Part shown: positions 38,596 to 47,159 of the stretch, in pieces | Numbering within the stretch: position 1 is the first letter of the stretch | How the letters are laid out: the number at the start of each line of letters is the position of its first letter | Assembly (NCBI GenBank): GCA_035275345.1 | Contig: DATEMY010000364.1 | Location: forward strand, 642 to 64,641 | Direction of reading: 5' to 3' | DNA length: 64,000 nt | Source: Blastocatellia bacterium | GTDB lineage: Bacteria; Acidobacteriota; Blastocatellia; RBC074 | Position numbers and translations under genes: made by a program | The notes under the pieces: generated by a model | What the model was told of the DNA's origin: nothing | Database searches by the model: none | The model's input: the letters and a program-made list of their open reading frames with translations, nothing else

Positions 38596-39897
38596 ATGAG
38601 TGAAGACATTACGACCAATGTGGTGAACGAAGTTGCGGTGACAATCATTGACGCTGACCGCGCGATGCACGACGCAATGCCCACGGGAATGGCTGATGTC
38701 GTATTGGCCGCCCTGACCGCCGAACCGGAGACGCTGGAGGAATTGGAAGTGGCTGTCGGGCGTTATGACAGGCCGGTCGTCAATCACGGCTTTCTGAAAC
38801 ATTTGAATAGCGGCGTGAGTGAAAAGCCGTGGGACGCCGGCCTGATCATCGTTGATCTTCCCGCTCGGTTGATCGTCGCCGCGACCGAGCCTGCGCTCTA
38901 CGAACCCGACGTCCACGGGTTTGCGCTCTATTGCCCCGATCCGCCGCCTGATTCCTCTGAAGTCTCCGAGGAAGATCTCGTTTGGCTTCCCTTTCGGCTT
39001 TCTAAAGACTGGCTCTTGATCAGATCGCTCGAAGACTGGCGCGCCGTGTCAGAACAACGCCGCCGCGCGCGCGCCGGCATTCCGCTGTTCGACGCCCGCT
39101 CAGTTCTGTTCGGCAAAGTCTCTGAATTTATCGCCGGTCAATGCCGGGTGGCGCGGGGCGCGGGGATGGATGACCCGATTGCGGCTATTCACGAAGGATG
39201 GCTGATGACGCCGCGCGACGATCTGCGCGGACAGACGCCGCGTGAGGCGTTGTTGTCGGACCTGGAGTACATTGACTGGGACATTGAATCGCGCGCCCGG
39301 CAATGGTCGTTCACGGGCCAATGCCCGGCGCCGTTGAAGCCGGATTCCATCGCGTATCGCTACGCCGGTTTCGGAACACACAGCAACGTGGTCTACTTCG
39401 ATCTGCTGCGCTTTCTGTTACGCGAATGCTGGGAGCGGATGGACGCCGATCCGTCTGCGGCCCTTTCTGATGTGGTCGCGCAACTGGAAAGACTGAGGGA
39501 TGAATGGATGAAGGAATGCGGAGATTTCAACCACTCCCACGGATGGATCATGGAGCAGGAGCGATTGCGCATCCCAGTCACAGCGTCTCCCCAGGAAGTG
39601 TTGATGGATCCTGATTGTGATATGTGCCAATGGGCCGCCGACCCGGATTTCGGCCCAACCTTCTGGCGTCTGGACGGAAGCGAGATGGATCTCGAAAACA
39701 ACTGGGTCTTCTCCTTCCATCTCACGCGTGAATCCTGGGAGGCTGAACGACGCAAGTGGGAGGAGCATCGTCGCAAGTTTAATGAAGAGCAGTCCCAACG
39801 TCGCGCCGAAATCGAATGGGCCGGCGGCGCGCGGATTTTCGATGATAGAAAGGCGACGGAGGAAAACGACGAAGACGATGCGCCCTTTCGAAGTTGA
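38596..39897 (+). CDS. Hypothetical cytoplasmic protein (433 aa), no family recognised
   Basis: GAGAGGG upstream of the ATG. Long ORF with background composition. One CxxC (DPDCDMCQW). Basic/acidic coiled tail. Confidence 0.6.
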   Translation: MSEDITTNVVNEVAVTIIDADRAMHDAMPTGMADVVLAALTAEPETLEELEVAVGRYDRPVVNHGFLKHLNSGVSEKPWDAGLIIVDLPARLIVAATEPALYEPDVHGFALYCPDPPPDSSEVSEEDLVWLPFRLSKDWLLIRSLEDWRAVSEQRRRARAGIPLFDARSVLFGKVSEFIAGQCRVARGAGMDDPIAAIHEGWLMTPRDDLRGQTPREALLSDLEYIDWDIESRARQWSFTGQCPAPLKPDSIAYRYAGFGTHSNVVYFDLLRFLLRECWERMDADPSAALSDVVAQLERLRDEWMKECGDFNHSHGWIMEQERLRIPVTASPQEVLMDPDCDMCQWAADPDFGPTFWRLDGSEMDLENNWVFSFHLTRESWEAERRKWEEHRRKFNEEQSQRRAEIEWAGGARIFDDRKATEENDEDDAPFRS

Positions 39898-39987
39898 TAC
39901 GCGATCATAGTAAAAAAACGCCATAATTGAACACATCCTTCAACCGCCGGATTATTCCGACAATCGCAATGGAAATTTGGCGCCCCG

Positions 39988-40698
39988 TTGACGGGGGCGT
40001 TCCACCTCTCAGAGCCATCCCATTCCTTATTACATGCGAAGATTCAGGATGAAATGACGGCCCAGACAGCGGCTTACGAGTTTTGCGGCTACATCGGCGG
40101 CAGGGAAGCCGAGTTCGGGAACGGCATCGCCGTGGACGGCGCTGGCAATATGTATGTGGCAGGCTGGACCACATCGAATGAGACGAGCTTTCCGGTGAGA
40201 GTCGGACCTGATTTGACTTTTAACGGCGCCTCTCCAGCCATTCCCGACGCATTCGTGGCCAGGGTGAAGGCTGATGGCTCAGGATTGGAATATTGCGGCT
40301 ACATCGGAGGCAGCGACACCGATCAGGGATTCTCTATTGCGATTGACAATTTGGGCGCCGCCTATGTCACCGGATCCACACGCTCCACTGAGGCCACATT
40401 CCCGGCCGTCTCCGGGCCGGACCTGACTTATAACGGCGGATCCGATGACGCATTTGTGGCGAAGGTGAAGGCTGATGGCGCAGGTTTGGAATATTGCGGA
40501 AGCGGTCTCTCGGCGGTGAGAGCCAGGATCGGAGGCGTGGACGCCACGGTCTCCTTTGCTGGAGCGCAGGGCGATTTCGTCGGCCTCGATCAAGTCAATG
40601 TTGGTTTGCCTCGCAGCCTTGCCGGGCGGGGCGCCGTGGATATCGTTTTGATGGCGGATGGAGTAACGGCCAATACAGTGACAGCCAGAGTCAAGTGA
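39988..40698 (+). pseudogene. Remnant of an SBBP-repeat / Soli_cterm (TIGR03437-like) surface protein
   Basis: Two SBBP-like repeats (YCGYIGGxxxDxGxxIAVDxxGxxYVxGxTxS) join abruptly to a half C-terminal domain ([30 protein letters not shown]). No signal peptide. Confidence 0.5.
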
Positions 40699-40706
40699 CA
40701 AAGGGC

Positions 40707-42215
40707 TTATGGCGCCTTGTATCTATCGGTCTCGATTTGCCAGAGGCTGATTTGACGATGCATTCCCAGCCTGGTCCATTTTCCAGGGAACCGTTTCTGC
40801 GCCTCTTCGACCTCCTGCGACAGGAGCAATGCGTACCACTGGTACCCCTTCTCCGCCGCGCGGGCCTGGAGCGTTTGCAACTGATCCGCTCCGACTCTTT
40901 CAAAGCGCACGATGGGCCGGCCCAAATAAAACTTGATCGCGCCGCTCATTTCCGTCGCAATCAGCAGCGTCTGTTTTGGAATGAGGCGGTCTGATTGCCG
41001 GAGGAAATCGGTCTGAGCCGATTGCAGCGCCGCGACTCTGAGCAAGTAAAATCGCTCGACGCTCTGCCGCTCGAAACCGAGCACGACGCCGATCAGGATG
41101 ATTGCCGTCGCCAGTCGCAACCAAACGCCCCATCCCTTCGCGACGGAGCGTTCAATCAGCTTGCCGAGGTCTCTGACGACCAGCAGAGTTCCGAGAATCA
41201 ACGCCGGCATTCCGGGCAGCAGGAACCGTGTGTACCACCACTCCGCATAATGGAAGTAGCAGGAATAGAACAGCAGAAAGACTCCGAACCAGGAGATGAG
41301 CAACGCGCGGTCTCTGAGCTTCACGTTTCGATTAAGCGCCACGGCTAACCAGCCGAGCAGAGGCAGCGGGCTCATTGTCACTGTCAGCCAGAAGATGTAG
41401 TGGCGGAAACGAATCGGGAAATTTCCCAACGTCACCAGGTCCTGAAGTCCCAAGGCTCCGTACCCGGTCATGAGCGGATGTCCGTAAGCGGCGGTGTTGT
41501 ACGCGCAGAAGACGCCGGCGAAGGGCAGTCCTCCCAGCAAGAAGAGCAGCAGCGTCCTGGGGCTTAATCGAATACTGAAGAGAATCGGGATCAGCAAGAG
41601 AATGCTGGTGGGGCGCACGAGGAAAGCCAGGCCGAATGCGGCTCCGGCCCCCAATCCCCACGCCGCGCGGCTCCGCGAGCGCAGCGCGGTCAGGATCGCC
41701 GCCAGAGACCAGAACGTGGCCAATCCATCGCTCATCGGCTGGATCGCGTGCAGGCAAAAGGTCGGATTCAATGCCAGCGCCGCGGCGCCTGCTATCGCCA
41801 ACCCACGCGTCAGCCCCAACTCCACTCCAATCAGGTAAATCAACGCCAGACTCAGCGCGGCGGCCAGAGGGCTGACTAGAAATGGTCCGTACTTCCAGCC
41901 GAAGATCAATGCGCCGCCTGCCATGTGAAGCGGGTATCCAACCGGATAGATCGGCGACAGAGTGCGCGGCCGCGGGCCTGCCTCATAACCGAGCGGAGTA
42001 AGGTAATGGATATACTGATCCGGGAGTTCAAGCTCGTCGAGCGGCGGCGCCGGTTGCGCAATTCGGCCTTCGAGGAGCGACCGCGCCACATTGACGTACC
42101 CGGTCGGATCTGAACCCCATACCGAATAATACGCATGCCGGACTACCAGAAAACTATAGATCAGCAGTCCGGCGCCAGCGGCGAACGCGCCAAATCGTGA
42201 CAAGCGAAAGGTCAT
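40707..42215 (-). CDS. GT-C fold (ArnT/PMT-like, family 39-type) membrane glycosyltransferase
   Basis: About 11 predicted TM segments and a C-terminal soluble domain. YPVGYPLHMAG-type loop. Confidence 0.65.
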   Translation of the reverse strand: MTFRLSRFGAFAAGAGLLIYSFLVVRHAYYSVWGSDPTGYVNVARSLLEGRIAQPAPPLDELELPDQYIHYLTPLGYEAGPRPRTLSPIYPVGYPLHMAGGALIFGWKYGPFLVSPLAAALSLALIYLIGVELGLTRGLAIAGAAALALNPTFCLHAIQPMSDGLATFWSLAAILTALRSRSRAAWGLGAGAAFGLAFLVRPTSILLLIPILFSIRLSPRTLLLFLLGGLPFAGVFCAYNTAAYGHPLMTGYGALGLQDLVTLGNFPIRFRHYIFWLTVTMSPLPLLGWLAVALNRNVKLRDRALLISWFGVFLLFYSCYFHYAEWWYTRFLLPGMPALILGTLLVVRDLGKLIERSVAKGWGVWLRLATAIILIGVVLGFERQSVERFYLLRVAALQSAQTDFLRQSDRLIPKQTLLIATEMSGAIKFYLGRPIVRFERVGADQLQTLQARAAEKGYQWYALLLSQEVEEAQKRFPGKWTRLGMHRQISLWQIETDRYKAP

Positions 42216-42823
42216 TCCTGTTTCTTGTTCGGGGAATAGGGCGGATCGTTCGGATTGTAGGGCTTGTGCGGATCGTGTGATTTGCCATCCACCGTGAAGA
42301 TTTGCTCTCTTTCGTTCTCAACTTTTCTTTTTTTCCATCCTTCAGTCGTCTTAACCCATGTTTCGGTTTGAAGAACACTGGAGAAAACATCGTGAATCTT
42401 ACCGTCTCGTAACCTTTGCTTTCTGGGAAAGTATTGCCGCGCTTCAACAATGACTTCGTTTCCCTTCGCCGTTAAACTCTCAACAATGAGGCGCAGATCG
42501 CCGATTTCTACAAATTGCTGAGAGCCTCGCCGGATGTAATTCTTGATCGTTTCGTAATTCATTATCTGCCCGTCAGGCAGTATAGCGATAAAATCAGGCG
42601 AGATTATCGCAAGCATGGCCTCCACATCATTGTTTTTCATCGCCCGTACTCCCTCCGCATAGATCGCCTCGAATTCTCTCCGCAGGGGCTTTGTCTTGTC
42701 TTTTATGATCGTCACGCCGCCTTTGTTCTTAACCTGGATCAGATCGTCCTGGGCGTAAACGTTGAGCGCGGAAAAACACCCAATCATAAGCGTTATCGAG
42801 GCAGTAGACCATAACAGTTTCAT
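42212..42823 (-). CDS. Exported SnoaL/DUF4440-like (NTF2 fold) protein
   Basis: The ATG at 42823 has GAGGTGA upstream. Signal MKLLWSTASITLMIGCFSALNVYA. ATGA overlap with the downstream gene. Confidence 0.6.
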   Translation of the reverse strand: MKLLWSTASITLMIGCFSALNVYAQDDLIQVKNKGGVTIIKDKTKPLRREFEAIYAEGVRAMKNNDVEAMLAIISPDFIAILPDGQIMNYETIKNYIRRGSQQFVEIGDLRLIVESLTAKGNEVIVEARQYFPRKQRLRDGKIHDVFSSVLQTETWVKTTEGWKKRKVENEREQIFTVDGKSHDPHKPYNPNDPPYSPNKKQE

Positions 42824-42849
42824 CACTATCACCTCAGAAAATAGCGGAC

Positions 42850-42909
42850 AGTGGGCAGTGGGTAGTGGATAGTGAGGAGTTCAAGACTACCCACTACCCA
42901 CTACCCACT
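42850..42909. repeat. Repeat family A, copy 1: hairpin built from (C/T)AGTGGG heptamers
   Basis: AGTGGGCAGTGGGTAGTGGATAG (42850-42872) pairs 21/23 with CTACCCACTACCCACTACCCACT (42887-42909). Related inverted copy at 50324-50396. Confidence 0.8.
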
Positions 42910-42950
42910 TTCATCGTTTCAGATCGTAGCTCACGACCAGAAGGGGCCTG

Positions 42951-43035
42951 CGGAAAAAGTAGCGCAACCTGCCGAGGTTGCGCTGATTCGGCGAGGGACG
43001 AGTAGAGAAAGCCGCGTAACCTCGGCAGGTTGCGC
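42951..43035. repeat. Repeat family B, copy 1 (85 bp, two GCGCAACC-N6-GGTTGCGC hairpins around GACGAGTAGAGA)
   Basis: Aligns with the reverse complement of 60758-60842. Near-identical blocks of 33 nt (one mismatch), 12 nt and 18 nt. Confidence 0.85.
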
Positions 43036-43043
43036 ATCGACGT

Positions 43044-43307
43044 TTAGTGACGTTGTGAAACTTTCTCCGCCGCTTCCATCGAGGAAATGACCGGGTAAAT
43101 CTCGAAATCGACAATATCATTCCAATTGGCGATCCATTCGTCGAGAAGTTTGCGGTCATCTGTTTCCATCAGTTGGAAGCAACGTTCGAGCTTTTCATCT
43201 ACCCAGCTTGACACGTATTGCAACCCTTCGGGAGCGAGGCGACCGCGGTCACGGAATCGGCGATACACGGGAACAGGGTCCTGATTTTTGAAATGCTCGA
43301 CGACCAT
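43044..43307 (-). CDS. DUF3303-family protein
   Basis: MVVEHFKNQDPVPVYRRFRDRGRLAPEGLQYVSSWVDEKLERCFQLMETDD matches my recollection of the family. The ORF track starts at GTG 43334. Confidence 0.65.
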   Translation of the reverse strand: MVVEHFKNQDPVPVYRRFRDRGRLAPEGLQYVSSWVDEKLERCFQLMETDDRKLLDEWIANWNDIVDFEIYPVISSMEAAEKVSQRH

Positions 43308-43330
43308 GTATATCAAATCGGTTCCTCCAT

Positions 43331-44515
43331 TCACTTTTGCAATATCTCTTTGAAGAAATCCACCGCCCGTTCATCCCCCGTCTGTCCGAGCCAGAAGATC
43401 GCTTGCTTGCGGACTGCCGGGTTGGAATGGGTCCTGGCGATATTGATGAGCAATGGAACGGACTCGTTCTTTGGCCTTTGACTGATGGCGAAGACGGCTT
43501 GATTCTTTACCTCGGTGTCGGCGTCTGCGCTGTCAATCGTATCTTTAAGAACGCCCAGGCTGCGCTCGCCGGCTTTCTGTCCGAGCCAGAAGATCGCCTG
43601 CTTACGAGCTTCGCGGTCGGTCTCCCTGCTGGCGAGGTCAATCAGGAAATTCACCGCGTCGTCCTTATTTTCATTGATCGACGCGGCGAAGATGATCTGA
43701 TTCTTGACGTCGCGATGAGTGACCGAAGGGTAGAGGCTTTGGAGCGTCGAGAGCGCCGAACTGTCCTTGCTTACGCCGATGGCGAAGGCGGCCTGTTTGC
43801 GTACTTCTGTGCGCTCGTCGTCTTTGCGCACAAGATCGGCCAGAAACGGCGTTTCGCCCCCAACCTGACCCAGCCAGAAGACGGCGTTGGTTCTCACCTT
43901 TTCAATCGAAGATTGCTGGACGAAATTCTTCAAAATTCCGGCCACCCGCGGGTCGTCATGCAGGGCGATGGCCATCGTCGCATGTTCGCTGACCTTGCTT
44001 TCCTGCCGCCCTTCGACAAACGAGCGCAGCAGGTTCAAACTCTCTTCATTACCCGCGCGCCCCAGCCAGTAGACGCGATAGCCGCTGTAATCACGGACGC
44101 GGTCGAGGTTGTAGACCTCCACTCGCGCAACCGAGCCGCCGGTCGGTTCGCGCAGTATGAAGACTCCCAGGTTGCGCGTCTCGCGTGTTGAATCGAACGA
44201 AATGTTGATCCCGTCCCGAGAAGTCCTTTTGCCATCCCAATCAACGTCAACCGTCACGCCGGGCCGCACGTCGAAACCGTAAGCAGTCCAGAACCGAGCC
44301 TGAGTGGCGCCTCCGAGCCTGAGTGCAGCCTCCATTCGACTTCTTAGATCCGCCCCATCAACCGGGATGAATCCCCGCTGCTGAATCGGCTCGGCGCCGG
44401 ATAGGGAAGGTGAAGTTAGGTGTGGGGAGCGGGAATCGCTGATTGCCACGACCGAGTTATTTTGCGCACAGGCCAGCGATGCCAGCGCAATCGCGAAAAA
44501 TGTTCTGATGATCAT
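43331..44515 (-). CDS. Exported HEAT-repeat protein (AIFWLGQ-type repeats)
   Basis: Signal MIIRTFFAIALASLACAQ. Repeated RKQAxFWLGQ/AVFAISQ units in the C-terminal half. Confidence 0.8.
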   Translation of the reverse strand: MIIRTFFAIALASLACAQNNSVVAISDSRSPHLTSPSLSGAEPIQQRGFIPVDGADLRSRMEAALRLGGATQARFWTAYGFDVRPGVTVDVDWDGKRTSRDGINISFDSTRETRNLGVFILREPTGGSVARVEVYNLDRVRDYSGYRVYWLGRAGNEESLNLLRSFVEGRQESKVSEHATMAIALHDDPRVAGILKNFVQQSSIEKVRTNAVFWLGQVGGETPFLADLVRKDDERTEVRKQAAFAIGVSKDSSALSTLQSLYPSVTHRDVKNQIIFAASINENKDDAVNFLIDLASRETDREARKQAIFWLGQKAGERSLGVLKDTIDSADADTEVKNQAVFAISQRPKNESVPLLINIARTHSNPAVRKQAIFWLGQTGDERAVDFFKEILQK

Positions 44516-44534
44516 CCTTAATGCCTCCTGCGGG

Positions 44535-44673
44535 AAGGTAGGGCAAACTGTCAGTTTGCCTTGCTCCCTTTAATGGCGTCTTTCAAGAAAACTGCGCAAA
44601 CTCACAGTTTGCCCGCTCTTCTCGAAAGGAACTATTGAATCAATCGAGGCAAACTGACAGTTTGCCCTACCTT
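44535..44673. repeat. Triple-palindrome spacer: GGCAAACTG-N-CAGTTTGCC x3, outer copies forming a perfect 26-bp inverted repeat
   Basis: 44535-44560 is the exact reverse complement of 44648-44673. Each arm is itself palindromic. A third related palindrome lies at 44596-44612. Confidence 0.85.
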
Positions 44674-46120
44674 ATTTGAGAATCTCCTCGATGAATTTCA
44701 CGGCTTCGGGATCGCGGCTTTGTCCAAGCCAGAAGATCGCGGTTTTCTTCATCTCGACGGAAGCGTCGCTCCTGGCTATTTGCATCAGTTTACGCAGCGC
44801 GGACTTCCGATGAGACTGGCCGAAAGCGAAGATGAGCTGCTCCTTGACACTATTGTTTTTCTCCGAGTCATACATCTGCGCCAGCAATTCAATCGTCTGT
44901 TCTCCGCTTTGTTGTCCGAGCCAGAAGATCGCCTGCTTGCGCGCCTCAATATCGGTCTCGGCGCGGGCGATCTCGAGAATCTTCGCCTGCGCGCGTTGGC
45001 TATTGACCTGATTCAGCGCGAAGATAGCCTGCTTGCGAAGTTCCGTATTGGCGTCTGCGTCGTAGGCTTTGATCAATTCATCCACGGCGCGCTGGCTGCG
45101 GTGTTGCGAGAGCGCGAAGAGAATTTGCTTCTTGATCTCGACGTTCTGATCGGCCTGGTATATTTTCATCAACTCGTCCACCGCCGTTTCATTCTGGCGC
45201 TGGCCAAGCCAGAAAATCGCATCGAGCCGAAGCGCCATCGAAGGGGCGCTGCGGGCCAACTCAGCCAACAACTCGTAAGCGCGCGGGCTGGAGTGTTGCG
45301 TGAGCGCGAAGATCGCGGCCTTGGCTATCTCCGTGTCGGTTGACTGCGTGGCGATTTCTCTGAGCAGATCGAAGGCGCTCGGGTCGCCGCTCTGCCCCAG
45401 CCAGAAAATCGCGTCCTTGCGCAGCTTCGGATCGGTCTGATTGCGCGCCAGGTCCAAAAGTATCGGCGTCGTCCTTGGACCTCGATGTTGCCCTAACAGC
45501 GAGATGGCGTTCTCTTTCAACCTCTTGTCGGCCTTCGAGTCCGGCTTGAGGAGTTCGATGAGATAGGCGACCGCGCGTTCCGGGCTGGATTGAAAGAGGC
45601 TCTGCAGCGCGATCGCTTTAAGCTCGATATCGTTCTTGTCAAGCTCTCTCTCAACCATCTGCGGATTGCCGGTTTGGCCCGCGATCTCGATGCGCATCGC
45701 CCGCGCGTCATCGAGCCAGTTCGAGCGAGGATGTTCGCGGATCAGCTTCTCCAATTGCCTGTCCGCCTCGGCGTACTTTCCCTGCTTCTTCAGGGCAAAA
45801 GCCATCCAATAGAGCGCGGCGTCGATATCCTTGTGCTTCGGATAACTGGCGACGAAAGAGTTGAACGACGCCGCGGCGTTGCTCCATTCCTCGCCTTCGA
45901 TCTGGTCGCGGCCCTGCCGGAAGACTTTCATCGCCTCGTCTTTCGCGTTCGAGTTCTGAATGAAGCGATTGAGCTTGCCCAATTCCTGCGTGGATGCGCC
46001 GTTTGAGCGGCGTCCGGCGCTCAGGCCGAACAGGCCGCCAGCCGTCAGCGCCAGTGATAAAGCCAGGCCGCTGAATAAAGCCAGACGCCCGCGGCGATAA
46101 CTGCGAATGTCGTATCGCAT
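44672..46120 (-). CDS. Membrane-anchored/exported TPR + HEAT-repeat protein (eight AIFWLGQ-type repeats)
   Basis: The ATG at 46120 has AGGAG 7 nt upstream (the ORF track starts at GTG 46141). N-terminal TM LALFSGLALSLALTAGGLFGL. BamD-like TPR segment. Repeats KDAIFWLGQSGDP, RKQAIFWLGQQSG and similar. Confidence 0.8.
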   Translation of the reverse strand: MRYDIRSYRRGRLALFSGLALSLALTAGGLFGLSAGRRSNGASTQELGKLNRFIQNSNAKDEAMKVFRQGRDQIEGEEWSNAAASFNSFVASYPKHKDIDAALYWMAFALKKQGKYAEADRQLEKLIREHPRSNWLDDARAMRIEIAGQTGNPQMVERELDKNDIELKAIALQSLFQSSPERAVAYLIELLKPDSKADKRLKENAISLLGQHRGPRTTPILLDLARNQTDPKLRKDAIFWLGQSGDPSAFDLLREIATQSTDTEIAKAAIFALTQHSSPRAYELLAELARSAPSMALRLDAIFWLGQRQNETAVDELMKIYQADQNVEIKKQILFALSQHRSQRAVDELIKAYDADANTELRKQAIFALNQVNSQRAQAKILEIARAETDIEARKQAIFWLGQQSGEQTIELLAQMYDSEKNNSVKEQLIFAFGQSHRKSALRKLMQIARSDASVEMKKTAIFWLGQSRDPEAVKFIEEILK

Positions 46121-46151
46121 AACCGAACTCCTAGTCCTCACTTTGATCGTT

Positions 46152-47159
46152 CTATGGGTTTTGATAAGCAGGCGCCGAAGGGCGCGCCGAAGAGATTTGA
46201 AGCGAGGCGATCAGCTCCTTCCGCTGCAGACGTTCCCTGATGCCACGCAACTCATCCGCCGATGGTTTGTCCGGAAGGTTGGCGATGTCGAGCAGGAACG
46301 GCTCCAGATTACTGAGCGCCTCTTCCGCCGGCAGATCGCCTTTCATCTCCGCATCACGACGCAGCAGAATGTTTTGATAAAGCAGCCGGCGAGACAATTG
46401 TTTCTCGTAATCAAGATCGATCGGCGCCCGGATTCGTGAAGCTTTCCCGACGCCGACGTTGCGAAACGAGCGCAGCATCAATTGCGCTTTCTCGAAATGC
46501 CTGATCGTTTCCGGCGTGAAGAGCGAGGCGGCGATCAACGATTGATCAAGTCCTCGTGAAACAACATCGTGTTTGACTATATCTACGCCTTGCTCGTCAC
46601 GCCTAACTGGCGGCGCCTCGCCATCCGATTTCACCGTTTTCGGATAAATGGGCTTTTGCTTTCTGATAATGACTTCAGTCTTCGGCCCAGCCGCAATGTC
46701 TTTGTCGAGTGATTCAACTTTTGTTTGCGGAGTCGGAGTCGCCGTGGCGACCTGGTTGTCTATTGGAGAAGTCCCAACAGCCTGCCGCTGTCGCCAACTC
46801 CACCAACCGATCGCCAGCAAGACCAGCGCCAGCCCGGCGCCCAACTGAAGCGGGCTGGCCGTCAATGGCCAGAAGCCGCCGATCCATCGCTCCAGGCGCC
46901 GTTTCAAACTCGGCCCCTCAAGCCGCAATCGCTCGCGCAATCTGGCTTCGTAGCCCGGCCAATAACCTTCATCGGGCGTGGCTATTTCCGACGCCTGATC
47001 GAAGACGCGCAGCGTCTCAGTCATTGACCGGTATTGCGCCAGGCAACCGGGGCAGTTTTCAATTTCGACCAACGCGCGCCGCCTGGCTTCGGGATCCAGT
47101 TCATTAAAGACCAGATCAACCAGCCGCTCTCTTGTCTTCATACAGTCGTGCATAATCAT
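46152..47159 (-). CDS. Zinc-finger (zf-HC2-like) transmembrane anti-sigma factor
   Basis: N-terminal CMKTRERLVDLVFNEL...ENCPGCLAQY. Single TM LQLGAGLALVLLAIGWWSW. The start is ambiguous (ATGs at 47159, 47153, 47141) and overlaps the end of the sigma gene. Confidence 0.7.
   Translation of the reverse strand: MIMHDCMKTRERLVDLVFNELDPEARRRALVEIENCPGCLAQYRSMTETLRVFDQASEIATPDEGYWPGYEARLRERLRLEGPSLKRRLERWIGGFWPLTASPLQLGAGLALVLLAIGWWSWRQRQAVGTSPIDNQVATATPTPQTKVESLDKDIAAGPKTEVIIRKQKPIYPKTVKSDGEAPPVRRDEQGVDIVKHDVVSRGLDQSLIAASLFTPETIRHFEKAQLMLRSFRNVGVGKASRIRAPIDLDYEKQLSRRLLYQNILLRRDAEMKGDLPAEEALSNLEPFLLDIANLPDKPSADELRGIRERLQRKELIASLQISSARPSAPAYQNP

Noticed and set aside
43337-45343. Plus-strand ORFs 43337..44191 (284 aa) and 44720..45343 (207 aa) with recurring LSEPEDRLL
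   Set aside because: They are mirror images of the AIFWLGQ HEAT repeats on the minus strand. They have no SD or start context, and the minus-strand reading gives coherent signal peptides and repeat proteins.
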